DNA of 64,000 nucleotides from NCBI GenBank assembly GCA_964480345.1, contig CAYZNW010000002.1, forward strand, positions 524-64,523, given 5' to 3'. A program made the translations under genes and the position numbers. Below the pieces are notes generated by a model that saw only the letters and a list, made by a program, of their open reading frames with translations, searched no databases and was not told the DNA's origin. Positions 48,595 to 58,108 of the stretch are shown here, piece after piece. Source of the DNA: an uncultured Candidatus Saccharibacteria bacterium. GTDB lineage: Bacteria > Patescibacteriota > Dojkabacteria > SC72. The first letter of the stretch is position 1; each line of letters starts with the position of its first letter.

Positions 48595-50452
48595 CTTTCT
48601 TTTTCTTCTTTCATTTTTCTATACTCCACAGAAACTCTTCGCACAAGAAAACTTCAAGGTATATACAAACTTCAACCATGTGATTGGGGAGAAAAGTATC
48701 AATGTCGAGGCAATAGTACAAATAAGAAGTGAAGATACTAGAGTGCTTTCTTTCTATACAGCCTCTATTCCCATTAAAAACCTAGATGTCAGATGTAAGA
48801 TTGTAAAGGGAGATAAAGAGGTAAACTGTACAAAATATTATAGAGGTTCTGTAACAGACATACTAATTGATTTACAAAACTCTGTAATGTCAAAAGATTC
48901 CCCTATTGAAATCCTTCTAACATACTCAGTACCTACTGAAGACAGCGATAGTTACAAGCTCACATCAAAAGTTCTAGATGCAGTTACAAATTCTGTAACA
49001 ATAAATTATGACCAAGCAAAAGGAACTCCACTTTGGACATCAGATCCCGCAAGTGATATTCGTTTGAATGGAAACCAGTATCAGATACTAATAAATAACC
49101 CTGTCAATGCTGATGTGTCTGTCCTTTTTGGTAAAAATATAATCTACAAATTCTCAGTAAATAGGGTTTTCTCCAATCAAGGAAACACAGAGCCTCAAAC
49201 ATTTGAATTAGTTATGCCTCCAGACAATCAGTACCAAACGATACTGTGGGAGGATATATCTCCATTACCAAATTCAACCATTCTTGACGAAGACGGGAAT
49301 TACACTTTTAAATATATTGTTCAAGCAGGAGAAACAATCGATTGTAAAATAGCAGGCCATATATTAAAGCAAAGTTCTGATCAAAAAGCACAATACAATA
49401 CATTTTTAACTAAAGAAAGTGGGTATTGGAATATAACAGATAGCGCAGAGAAAAAACGAGTCATATCGTATTTGCTAGAGAAAGGTCTTACATTTCTTAA
49501 TGAAAATACTGACTTAGAGAAGATGAGTGATGAGCAGAAAGATGTATTTTACAAGAACCTTTATACATACATCATTGATAGGTTAAATTACAGTAAAGAT
49601 TTGAAATTAGGAATAGTTAATTCTCCAAGACTAGGTGCAAATGCAGTTATTAAAACACCAAACAGTGCAAATGCTCAAGATTATGCCGATTTCTATGTTG
49701 CACTTCTACGAAAATTCCAAATACCAAGCAGGCTAGTAATAGGTTATGTGTCTAATATATCAGGCTACTCTGCTGATGGCTTCTATCACTACTGGGTAGA
49801 GTACTTTGATTCAACTAAGTCTGTTTGGAGGCAAGCAGACCCATTTTTAGAGGAGTATACAGGTCACTCACTGTTTGGCAGTGAATTTCATGACCATATA
49901 ACAGTGGTGGCTAGAGGGAGATCTCCTTTAACCCCAACTATTACATTTTATTCACCTAATGATTTCCTACTCTCTGCTGATACAAAGAGTACGATCGAAA
50001 AGAATATCGATGTACTATCACAGCTCTATTTCAACGATTACAGTACGGCTAATAGATACGCTATCGGATATATTTACTCTTCCAACAATGGGAATGTAGC
50101 GATTACTGGTTCTACTCTCAAAAAATCAAACATAGCTGATATTTCAAAATACATAGATCCTGTTATGACAAATTCGTCTCAGATACTTCTTCCAAAACAG
50201 AATCGTATCATACAGTTAAATATCCCATCTGATAAATTAAAGTACTCTGATCTGTTCATATCTGTAGATCACTTAAATCCAAGTGGATTACTAAGAACAG
50301 AAGAGGTACGAACAGTACTTACTCACACAGCTCCAACCTCTATGAAAATATTAAGCAAAATTACTTCCATAGGTATTTTTTCATTATCAGTTCTTCTGAT
50401 ATACTTGTTACTTAATAAAATCATACAGAGAAGAGAATGGAAACGACATTAA
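48548..50452 (+). CDS. secreted, C-terminally membrane-anchored protein with transglutaminase-like domain lacking the catalytic Cys
   Basis: Signal peptide. DYADFYVALLRKFQIPSRLVIGYV...FYHYWVEYFD...WRQADP matches the transglutaminase-core pattern (dfA..allRalGIPaR.v.Gy...HaWvEvy...W..DP), but there is no Cys at the nucleophile position. C-terminal TM SIGIFSLSVLLIYLLL. Confidence 0.5.
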   Translation: MRNLIGYLRKTLYLFSFLFLLSFFYTPQKLFAQENFKVYTNFNHVIGEKSINVEAIVQIRSEDTRVLSFYTASIPIKNLDVRCKIVKGDKEVNCTKYYRGSVTDILIDLQNSVMSKDSPIEILLTYSVPTEDSDSYKLTSKVLDAVTNSVTINYDQAKGTPLWTSDPASDIRLNGNQYQILINNPVNADVSVLFGKNIIYKFSVNRVFSNQGNTEPQTFELVMPPDNQYQTILWEDISPLPNSTILDEDGNYTFKYIVQAGETIDCKIAGHILKQSSDQKAQYNTFLTKESGYWNITDSAEKKRVISYLLEKGLTFLNENTDLEKMSDEQKDVFYKNLYTYIIDRLNYSKDLKLGIVNSPRLGANAVIKTPNSANAQDYADFYVALLRKFQIPSRLVIGYVSNISGYSADGFYHYWVEYFDSTKSVWRQADPFLEEYTGHSLFGSEFHDHITVVARGRSPLTPTITFYSPNDFLLSADTKSTIEKNIDVLSQLYFNDYSTANRYAIGYIYSSNNGNVAITGSTLKKSNIADISKYIDPVMTNSSQILLPKQNRIIQLNIPSDKLKYSDLFISVDHLNPSGLLRTEEVRTVLTHTAPTSMKILSKITSIGIFSLSVLLIYLLLNKIIQRREWKRH

Positions 50453-50853
50453 TCCTAACAATAGCTATATTACTACTAATATCTGTTCTTTTTGTAGTTG
50501 TATATCTAAATCAAAAGAGTGTAAGTAAAGCTAAAACTAAAAAGATATTAAGAGGCTTAGAGGAATTGCAAATGGATGCAGTAAGCACAGAAAACTCAGT
50601 AAGAAGAGATGCTGTTATAAAGTTAGACAACTTATTAACAAAAGCACTTCAATCGTATTACAACAATGCATTAAGCTGTGGAGATAATTTAAAGAGAGCA
50701 AAAAACATATTTAAGAAGAATGAGTATAATGATATATGGGAAGCACATAAAATACGAAATAAAATAGTGCATGATGACAAAGATATTACACAAGAAGAAG
50801 CAAAACAGGTATATAATACATATAAATTAAGTATAATAAAGATAATAAGATGA
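50437..50853 (+). CDS. small membrane-anchored protein with C-terminal R-x4-H (HEPN-like) motif
   Basis: N-terminal TM. C-terminal AHKIRNKIVHDD contains R-N-x-x-x-H. Confidence 0.3.
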   Translation: METTLILTIAILLLISVLFVVVYLNQKSVSKAKTKKILRGLEELQMDAVSTENSVRRDAVIKLDNLLTKALQSYYNNALSCGDNLKRAKNIFKKNEYNDIWEAHKIRNKIVHDDKDITQEEAKQVYNTYKLSIIKIIR

Positions 50854-51503
50854 GAAAAAGACTTACATACAAATTTATAACGACCCTTTTCTTCCTAAGC
50901 ACACTGACTTTTACTCCACTACTCCAAACATATGCTGATGGTGCACCTGAGAATCAACTAACCCCTGTCACTCAGAGTACAAATACTGAGAAGAAAGTAG
51001 AAAAGATAGATGAAAATCAAACAAAGGTAACTACTAAATATTTTGACCTTCTTCTTATTAGAAAAAGTCAATCAGCTATCTTCGGATATGTTCCGTACGA
51101 ATTACAGATTACTCCGCATCTGGACTCGAGCAAAACCCAAATTCTATGGTATACACCTACTACACTTTCGGCATCTGCTACACACAAAGAATTTATATCA
51201 ATGAAAGAAGGGGTTACTTACAAGGTTAGAGCTAATATTAAACCATTGAAATCAGGAACATATGAAATAACAGCATCTGTTATCTCTTGGCAACATGATA
51301 CTAATTATGCAAACACAATAAATGACACTATCACTTTTGATAAATCTTTAGTTTTGCAACCATCAAGTACTCGTTACGCTATAATGTCTGTACTTAAGTA
51401 TGTAATAATCATAGCAATCTTTGTTGCAATATCTTTCTTAATAGTGAAGCTTTCAAAGAAATATGCAGGCAAAGCAAGACAGTGGTTAACTCCACCGTAC
51501 TAG
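50850..51503 (+). CDS. hypothetical secreted protein with C-terminal membrane anchor
   Basis: Signal peptide (LTFTPLLQTYA) and C-terminal TM IIIAIFVAISFLIV. Overlaps the previous gene by 4 bp. Confidence 0.4.
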   Translation: MRKRLTYKFITTLFFLSTLTFTPLLQTYADGAPENQLTPVTQSTNTEKKVEKIDENQTKVTTKYFDLLLIRKSQSAIFGYVPYELQITPHLDSSKTQILWYTPTTLSASATHKEFISMKEGVTYKVRANIKPLKSGTYEITASVISWQHDTNYANTINDTITFDKSLVLQPSSTRYAIMSVLKYVIIIAIFVAISFLIVKLSKKYAGKARQWLTPPY

Positions 51504-51712
51504 TCTTCTAGGAAATATGAAATACTCTTGTTTAACTCTTTAGCTATTTTAAGAAGATTACCAATAGGGGGGTATGTATAACCGTTTTCATATACACTAA
51601 TAGACTTGTCGGAAAGACCAACCCTCATACCTAAAGATCTTTGGGAGTAGCCCATATCTTCCCTAGCTTTTTTTAATCTTTGTGCAAAAATTTTACTATT
51701 CATTTCTTCCAA
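51500..51712 (-). CDS. XRE-family HTH transcriptional regulator (70 aa)
   Basis: FAQRLKKAREDMGYSQRSLGMRVGLSDKSISVYENG is a canonical XRE HTH. Overlaps the upstream gene by 17 bp. Confidence 0.7.
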   Translation of the reverse strand: MEEMNSKIFAQRLKKAREDMGYSQRSLGMRVGLSDKSISVYENGYTYPPIGNLLKIAKELNKSISYFLED

Positions 51713-52268
51713 AAAATAATTCTAATACTTTCTCCCAGAGGGAGTATTCTTTATTAACAGGTTTACTTAAATTACTATAATATGAGGTAGATACTGAGGT
51801 GTTTTCTGTTTCTAAAAGCTTCTTATCTGTTATATACGGCACATCTTTTGAACCTCTCAGCTCTTCAATCGTACTGTTCTTTTCATTAAGTAAGTTATTT
51901 AATTCGTTGATCTCACTCTCTTTGTCTTCTATTGCTGTTCTTAATTTCAATATAGTTCCTTCTAACAACTTTCCCATTTTTTCTAATTCAGGATATTTGT
52001 GACCCTTTTCGATTAATTTCTTATGTTCTTCACCATTAAGCAATGCCTCTATCAACTCATCAGTAGATAAAGAGCCAAATCTATGATATGAGAGTTCTCT
52101 TGTAGAGGGTTCTCTTCCTAAAATCACTTCATATATTCCTCGTATCTCTCTATCTCTCTTACTATTTCCATTAAATAGAGAGCCTTGCATAGGACGAGCA
52201 GAACCTCCCTTTGCATAGTTATCTGTACTATCTCCCTTATCCCACATTGGTACATCAACACTTTTCAT
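51696..52268 (-). CDS. DUF4214-like / coiled-coil hypothetical protein
   Basis: IYEVILGREPSTRELSYH resembles the DUF4214 core (Y..iLgRepd..gl.y). The central region has coiled-coil character. Confidence 0.35.
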   Translation of the reverse strand: MKSVDVPMWDKGDSTDNYAKGGSARPMQGSLFNGNSKRDREIRGIYEVILGREPSTRELSYHRFGSLSTDELIEALLNGEEHKKLIEKGHKYPELEKMGKLLEGTILKLRTAIEDKESEINELNNLLNEKNSTIEELRGSKDVPYITDKKLLETENTSVSTSYYSNLSKPVNKEYSLWEKVLELFFGRNE

Positions 52269-52338
52269 AACATGATTATATTACAAATTGTGGATAAGTA
52301 GAATAGCTAAAGGCAAATAATGTATTAATAAGGGAATA

Positions 52339-52414
52339 TGGAGCGGGGGACGGGACTCGAACCCGCAACCCTCTGTTTGGAAAACAGATATTCTAACCAT
52401 TGAACTACCCCCGC
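52339..52414 (-). tRNA. tRNA-Gly (anticodon UCC), CCA encoded
   Basis: Manual cloverleaf. Acceptor GCGGGGG/CCCCCGC, D-stem GTTC/GAAT, anticodon stem TCTGT/ACAGA with loop TTTCCAA, T-loop TTCGAGT, 3' TCCA. Confidence 0.85.
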
Positions 52415-52432
52415 AGGAGTCCAATATTAATA

Positions 52433-52900
52433 CTATTCTTCTTTAACTTCCTCTTTAACCTCTTCCTTAACTTCTTCTACTACTGCCTCTTCTGTATCTA
52501 CTACTTCTTCCTCTCCTTCAACAGGAACCTCAACTTCATCTGTCATATATACATCTTTAATATTTTCAATTTTCAAAGCTCTTCTACCAACTCTCTCTCT
52601 AAGATAGAACAGTTTAGATTTTCTAACAGAACCTCTCTTTACTACCTCTATCTTATCTATTGTTGGAGAGTGAAGAGGTACTATCTTCTCTACACCAATA
52701 CCGTAAGATATTTTTCTAACAACCAAATTTCTGTTCATACCTGTTCCTTTAATAGCAATGACTACACCCTTAAACTGCTGTACTCTTTCCTTTTTACCCT
52801 CTACTATTCTAATAAATAATTTTACATGATCTCCAACCTTTACATCAGGTCTTTTCTTATAATTATCTCCCTCTATTTTCTTTATAATATTTGTATCCAT
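52433..52900 (-). CDS. rplS: 50S ribosomal protein L19 with about 40-aa acidic C-terminal extension
   Basis: Core KVGDHVKLFIRIVEGKKERVQQFKGVVIAIKG...RKISYGIGVEKIVPLHSP. Tail VEEVKEEVKEEVKEE. Confidence 0.9.
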   Translation of the reverse strand: MDTNIIKKIEGDNYKKRPDVKVGDHVKLFIRIVEGKKERVQQFKGVVIAIKGTGMNRNLVVRKISYGIGVEKIVPLHSPTIDKIEVVKRGSVRKSKLFYLRERVGRRALKIENIKDVYMTDEVEVPVEGEEEVVDTEEAVVEEVKEEVKEEVKEE

Positions 52901-52999
52901 AAATATAGTTTATCACATTAATTTTTAATAGCAGTTGTGATTATAGAATAAATTTCAAAAATATGCCACAATATAGATGAAATATACAAATCACTGCCT

Positions 53000-54529
53000 A
53001 TGAATGCTAAACAAAAAGTCATGCTCATAATCTTAGATGGACTCGGTGCAGCTCCTAAATCAAAAGGAAATGCTGTAACAATCGCAGATCCTAAACACTT
53101 ATCAACTTTTTGGAATATATCTCCTCATACCTATCTACTTACTTCTGGCGAATCTGTTGGATTACCTAAAAATGTAAAAGGTAATAGCGAAGTTGGACAT
53201 TTAAATATTGGAGCAGGAAGAACTGTTAGTCAAAATTTACCAAGAATAAACTCGGCTATTGAGAAAGGTCTAATTTACAAAAACAATACTTTAAGAGATG
53301 CATTTGTACATGCTACAAAATTTGGTAGCAATATTCATCTTGTAGGATTACTAAGTGATGGTTCTGTACACTCACATATCAACCACTTCAAAGCAGTTAT
53401 CGACTACTTCTCAAAAAGTAATTTTCAAAATGAGATATTTATACATGCTTTTACTGATGGGAGAGATACACCAACTAATGTTGCACTAACATACTTAACA
53501 GAAATGGATAGATACTGTCTGGAAAATGGGACCGGAAAGATAGGAACATTAGTAGGTAGATATTACGCTATGGATAGGAATATGAAATGGGATAGAACTC
53601 AACGAACATATGAGCTCCTAACACAAAATGCAGGAGATCAGTTCTCTACATATCAGGAAGCGATACAATCATACTACTCTAGAGGTCTAACAGATGAATT
53701 TCTAGAACCAGCAGTGATTAATCCTAGTAAAATTAAAGCAAACGATGTTGTTCTCCTAATGAACTTTAGACCTGATAGGATGATTCAACTTGCCGAAGCA
53801 TTTTTAACTACACCATTTAAACCGTTCTCCACTCAACCTATTCCCAACCTTTTCGTAGCATCAATGGTTGAATACAGAAAGAATTTTCCAGAAAAAGTAA
53901 TCTTTCCAAAGCAATATATTAATCTACCACTCGGTAAAATCATTGAATCTGTTGGAATGAATCAGCTCAGAGTAGCAGAAACAGAGAAATTCCCTCATGT
54001 TACTTACTTCTTCAATGGAGGCATACCAATTGTTTACGAAAGAGAGGACCGGATATTAATTCAATCTCCAAAAGTAGCAACATACGACATGAAGCCTGAG
54101 ATGAGTGCTTTTGAAATAACAGAATCCATTATGCAGAGAATTCCTTCAAATATATATGACTTCATACTGGTAAACTTTGCAAATACTGACATGGTTGGAC
54201 ATACTGGTAATTTAGAAGCAGGTATAAAATCTGTAAAAGTGGTAGATGAGTGTGTAAGAACACTGACTAGAGAATTCACATTACATGGAGGAGCCGTATT
54301 AATTACTGCAGATCATGGAAATGTAGAGGAGATGGTGAACCTTACAAACGATCAAATAGATACAGAACACTCTTTAAATCCAGTACCGTTGATAATCACA
54401 GGAACAAAAGTAACAAGAAGAAATCTACCGTACGGCTCTCTTAGAGATATTGCTCCTACCATATTAGATATCATGGGTATAACAAAGCCAGCAGAAATGA
54501 CAGGCACTTCTCTTATTCGAAATGTTTAA
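53000..54529 (+). CDS. gpmI: 2,3-bisphosphoglycerate-independent phosphoglycerate mutase
   Basis: N-terminus MLIILDGLGAAP and Ser-phosphorylation site region GNSEVGHLNIGAGR. 509 aa. Confidence 0.9.
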   Translation: MNAKQKVMLIILDGLGAAPKSKGNAVTIADPKHLSTFWNISPHTYLLTSGESVGLPKNVKGNSEVGHLNIGAGRTVSQNLPRINSAIEKGLIYKNNTLRDAFVHATKFGSNIHLVGLLSDGSVHSHINHFKAVIDYFSKSNFQNEIFIHAFTDGRDTPTNVALTYLTEMDRYCLENGTGKIGTLVGRYYAMDRNMKWDRTQRTYELLTQNAGDQFSTYQEAIQSYYSRGLTDEFLEPAVINPSKIKANDVVLLMNFRPDRMIQLAEAFLTTPFKPFSTQPIPNLFVASMVEYRKNFPEKVIFPKQYINLPLGKIIESVGMNQLRVAETEKFPHVTYFFNGGIPIVYEREDRILIQSPKVATYDMKPEMSAFEITESIMQRIPSNIYDFILVNFANTDMVGHTGNLEAGIKSVKVVDECVRTLTREFTLHGGAVLITADHGNVEEMVNLTNDQIDTEHSLNPVPLIITGTKVTRRNLPYGSLRDIAPTILDIMGITKPAEMTGTSLIRNV

Positions 54530-55146
54530 TTCTTCTTTGGCTTTTTGAAGATACTGTAACCAATATATCCTAATACCAATACCGCCATTAAGATAATAAT
54601 GACATTTTCATATTTATTAATATACAAAGACACATTTTCCCACTGAGAGCCAAGCAAGTAACCTGCTACTATCAAGATAGTAGACCATACAGCAGTACCT
54701 AACAGTGTATAGATTGTAAACTTCCAAAAATTCATCTTAGATGCACCTGCTGGAAAAGAGATAAGTGTTCTAACAATAGGAACAACCCTCCCTATTAATA
54801 CAAAAATATTTCCGTATTTATCAAAAGCATCATAACCCTGCTTTACACTCTCTTCTGAAATAAAAAGATACTTACCGTATTTAGCAAGAAATTTATGAAC
54901 ACTCTTCTCTCCGAGATAGCCAATGATGAAGAAAGGTAAAGAGCCTAGATAGGCAGAAAATGTTGCAACTAATATAACCAAATATAGATTTAATGAACCA
55001 CTAGATGCTACAAATCCCGAGAAAGGTAAAATTATCTCACTAGGTATAGGAGCAAAAAAACTCTCTATAAACATAGATAGAGCAACTCCAGGATAACCAA
55101 GAGTTTCAATAATATTTACTAACCAATCAACAAATGAAGATATCAT
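54526..55146 (-). CDS. DedA/SNARE-associated family membrane protein
   Basis: 206 aa polytopic protein with the DedA-like pattern (G..G....F..P.P.E...). Moderate. Confidence 0.5.
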   Translation of the reverse strand: MISSFVDWLVNIIETLGYPGVALSMFIESFFAPIPSEIILPFSGFVASSGSLNLYLVILVATFSAYLGSLPFFIIGYLGEKSVHKFLAKYGKYLFISEESVKQGYDAFDKYGNIFVLIGRVVPIVRTLISFPAGASKMNFWKFTIYTLLGTAVWSTILIVAGYLLGSQWENVSLYINKYENVIIILMAVLVLGYIGYSIFKKPKKN

Positions 55147-55162
55147 GACGATCTTATTTAAA

Positions 55163-55756
55163 TTAAGTAGATTGTATATTGTTCATTACAACACTGTTAC
55201 CAATAACAACATCATTATTCTTACAAAAATCAGAGTTAACCTCAAGCACATATCGATATTTCTCTGAAGAAGTTATTGATGGACAGTATGATTTGTTACA
55301 AGGCTCATTATTTTCTTTAATATCTACAATAAACCCACCACTATCTATAAATATAATATCAAGAGGCATATTCATATCCTTCATCCAAAAAGCGGTTGTC
55401 GTATCTTCAGGAAATATGAATAACATACCATCATAAGTTCCTAGATTCGTTCTAAACGATAGCCCTAAGCTCCTCTCCGCCTCTGTAGAGGCTGTTTCTA
55501 CATTAACTGCAATAGTTGTACCTTTCGAATTGAATATCTCTACAAACTTCTTACTATCCTCATCGCTCCCCTGCTCAGTTGCTTCCTCTTTATCTTCAGA
55601 GCTACTGTTACTTTCTTGTTTAGATTCACTCTCGTTTGTTATCTTAATATCTAAAACATTCAAAAAGTGAAACTTCTCCTGTACCTTCCACAAAGCAAAA
55701 CAAACAAGTGCAATCAACACAATACTTTTCAAATGTCTATTCATAAATACAATCAT
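55163..55756 (-). CDS. DUF192-domain secreted/membrane-anchored protein (start adjusted to an internal ATG)
   Basis: MLFIFPEDTTTAFWMKDMNMPLDIIFIDSGGFIV matches the DUF192/COG1430 core. The track ORF begins at a TTG (55792) and reads through the upstream palindrome. An ATG at 55756 or 55744 precedes the signal/TM segment and is the more plausible start. Confidence 0.55.
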   Translation of the reverse strand: MIVFMNRHLKSIVLIALVCFALWKVQEKFHFLNVLDIKITNESESKQESNSSSEDKEEATEQGSDEDSKKFVEIFNSKGTTIAVNVETASTEAERSLGLSFRTNLGTYDGMLFIFPEDTTTAFWMKDMNMPLDIIFIDSGGFIVDIKENNEPCNKSYCPSITSSEKYRYVLEVNSDFCKNNDVVIGNSVVMNNIQST

Positions 55757-55782
55757 ATACAAGAACAGCTCGTCGTGCAAAC

Positions 55783-55821
55783 GGAGGTCCAACCTAGGTC
55801 CGACCTAGGTCAGACCTCCAA
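55783..55821. promoter_or_regulatory. GC-rich imperfect palindrome GGAGGTCC-AACCTAGGTC-CGACCTAGGTC-AGACCTCC; shares a 20-nt identical core with 31832..31851
   Basis: Outer 7-bp arms ggaggtc/gacctcc. Two tandem ACCTAGGTC units. Located between the divergent DUF192 and HelD-like genes. Confidence 0.5.
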
Positions 55822-55885
55822 CTGTTGAAAAACTTCACTGTTTAATATATACTGCTATTCGTTAGCCGACAAAACAAAAAGTATC

Positions 55886-58108
55886 ATGCAAACATTCACA
55901 AAGTATCTAAATCCGTTGTACAAGGATATAGACGCTGTGTCCGATTTTTCAGATGTGAGAAAGGATACAAAGCTATTAGAAGAGGAGTACCCTCATCTAG
56001 AGAAAGTCTCACAGATTACCAAAGAGAAGTTACAATTTCTTCTTCCAAAGCTACACAATCTCGAACAGGAGTTAGAAGATCAGATTTTAATCATAGATGC
56101 AGAATCTGATTTGAATTCGCAAAAGGAAGCAAAGTCTGTATACAACAAAATATTAGCTGAAATTGAGCTAACAGTTGGAAGAATCAACAATGAATTAATA
56201 ACTCTTGATTCTCCATATTTTGGAAAAATCTCTTTCTTACCGTATGATGCCACAACAGGCAAGCCAATTATTATCTACATCGGCAAATTTGCAATGTTAG
56301 ATAAAGATACACATTTACCACTAATAACTGATTGGAGATCTCCTATTGCCAATGTTTACTATCAAAACTCTGGGCCGAAAGAAAACACCTCTTACATAGC
56401 CCCTATTGGGGAACGAAAAGGTGATTTACTACAAAAAAGACAGTTCCAAATTTCAAGAGCTAGAATTAAAGGAATATATGATGCAAAATCAGGAAATGTT
56501 GCAGCCGATGAATTTCTACTTGTTCAATTACATGAAAGGCTAGGTAAGAAATTACAAGATATTGTAGCTACTATTCAATCACAACAGAATGAAATCATTA
56601 GAGAGGATATAAACACGCCAATATTGATGCAAGGAGTAGCAGGGAGTGGAAAAACAACTATATTACTACATAGGCTTGCATATATTCTTTACACATACAA
56701 AGAGCAGATATCGGACAAAAACACGTTAATAATAGCTCCAAATCAAATGTTCATAGATTATGTGTCAGATGTACTTCCTAATTTAGGAGTAAGAAAAATA
56801 GATACTCTTACATATCTTTTCTGGGGTAAAAAGATACTTGGCTGGGATAAATACTACACTATTTCAAATTTAAAAGAGGATCAAACTATCAAGGAATTCA
56901 AAGGATCTATTAAATTCCTTGAAATATTAGATAAATATATTGAGAAGGTAGAGGAACAGATATTAGACAATATGCCTTACTCTCAAAAAGAATTAGTAGC
57001 CAAAAGATACTATGAACTAAAAAATGAGTTTGAGAATATTGAAACACCAGAGAGATTAGAATTAGCACTAGAGTATGTCATGGGACAGAAACAAATCAGA
57101 GACTCCTTTAGTAAACCGTGGGAGCGAAGAGGAGAAGATCTCTCCACTATTAAAAATGAAGTTTTAAGATATTTCAAAAAATCATATAACCCGCACACAC
57201 TTTACAAGAACCTATTTAGATCAGGAATACTTCCAAAAGATATCAACAAGTACACTTTAGACGGTTTGACTGCTAATGGAAGAATTCGTAATTACAGAAT
57301 AGAGGATCTAGCTCCAATAGTGTATATATATTTCAAAATTCACGGAGTAAAAGAAGACAGAAGAGATTATGTCATGGTAGACGAAGCTCAAGATATGAGT
57401 TTTACACAACTAGCTACATTAGCTATGATTGCCAAAAATGCAAATATTGCAGTTACAGGAGATCTAGCTCAATCTATTATTCCTCCTTTCTATATTAAAG
57501 ATTGGAGCGATGTGATTACTTTACTAAAGAAATACTGTAAGAAAGATCCTGTCTACTATCAACTTAATAAATGCTACAGAACGACTGTTGAAATAGTTGA
57601 GTTTGCAAATAGAATTTTTGAAAAATATTTTCCTAAAACATTTAAATTGCCAGAAGCTGTTCTAAGGCATGGCGAGAAAGTGGAGATACTGGAATACGAC
57701 AAAGAAATTTCAGAATTAGAAGAAGATCAAATGAAATCATTACTATCTATACTTGAAGATCGTTTTGAAAAAGGAGCTGTAACCTGTGCCCTCCTATGTA
57801 AAGATAAAAAGCACGCCAACAACATATATACCAAAATAAAGAAATATGAGAAGTTAATTGGTAGAGAAGTTGTTAGTTATCTAGAGAATGACTATCAAAC
57901 AGGATTACTTGTACTACCGATAGAGAGTGCAAAAGGTTTAGAATTTGATTGTACAGTAATCTTAGATTTAACAGAGAAACTATATACTGAGAAAGAGGAA
58001 GATATTAAATTACTCTATGTAGCTATGACTAGAGCTTTACATAAGACATACATTACAACTACAAGAGAGAGTCAGTTATTAAATAAATTACTTGGATCGA
58101 TGATATAA
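55886..58108 (+). CDS. HelD-like (helicase IV / UvrD-family) DNA helicase
   Basis: N-terminal domain with DWRSPIANVYYQ. Walker A GVAGSGKTTILLHRLAYIL at about residue 250. VMVDEAQDMSFTQL. C-terminal LYVAMTRALHKTYITTT. Confidence 0.6.
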   Translation: MQTFTKYLNPLYKDIDAVSDFSDVRKDTKLLEEEYPHLEKVSQITKEKLQFLLPKLHNLEQELEDQILIIDAESDLNSQKEAKSVYNKILAEIELTVGRINNELITLDSPYFGKISFLPYDATTGKPIIIYIGKFAMLDKDTHLPLITDWRSPIANVYYQNSGPKENTSYIAPIGERKGDLLQKRQFQISRARIKGIYDAKSGNVAADEFLLVQLHERLGKKLQDIVATIQSQQNEIIREDINTPILMQGVAGSGKTTILLHRLAYILYTYKEQISDKNTLIIAPNQMFIDYVSDVLPNLGVRKIDTLTYLFWGKKILGWDKYYTISNLKEDQTIKEFKGSIKFLEILDKYIEKVEEQILDNMPYSQKELVAKRYYELKNEFENIETPERLELALEYVMGQKQIRDSFSKPWERRGEDLSTIKNEVLRYFKKSYNPHTLYKNLFRSGILPKDINKYTLDGLTANGRIRNYRIEDLAPIVYIYFKIHGVKEDRRDYVMVDEAQDMSFTQLATLAMIAKNANIAVTGDLAQSIIPPFYIKDWSDVITLLKKYCKKDPVYYQLNKCYRTTVEIVEFANRIFEKYFPKTFKLPEAVLRHGEKVEILEYDKEISELEEDQMKSLLSILEDRFEKGAVTCALLCKDKKHANNIYTKIKKYEKLIGREVVSYLENDYQTGLLVLPIESAKGLEFDCTVILDLTEKLYTEKEEDIKLLYVAMTRALHKTYITTTRESQLLNKLLGSMI

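Noticed and set aside
55757-55792. TTG-initiated N-terminal extension (MDLRLHDELFLY) of the DUF192 ORF
   Set aside because: It translates straight through a GC-rich palindromic element also found upstream of another gene. An in-frame ATG followed by a signal/TM segment lies just downstream.
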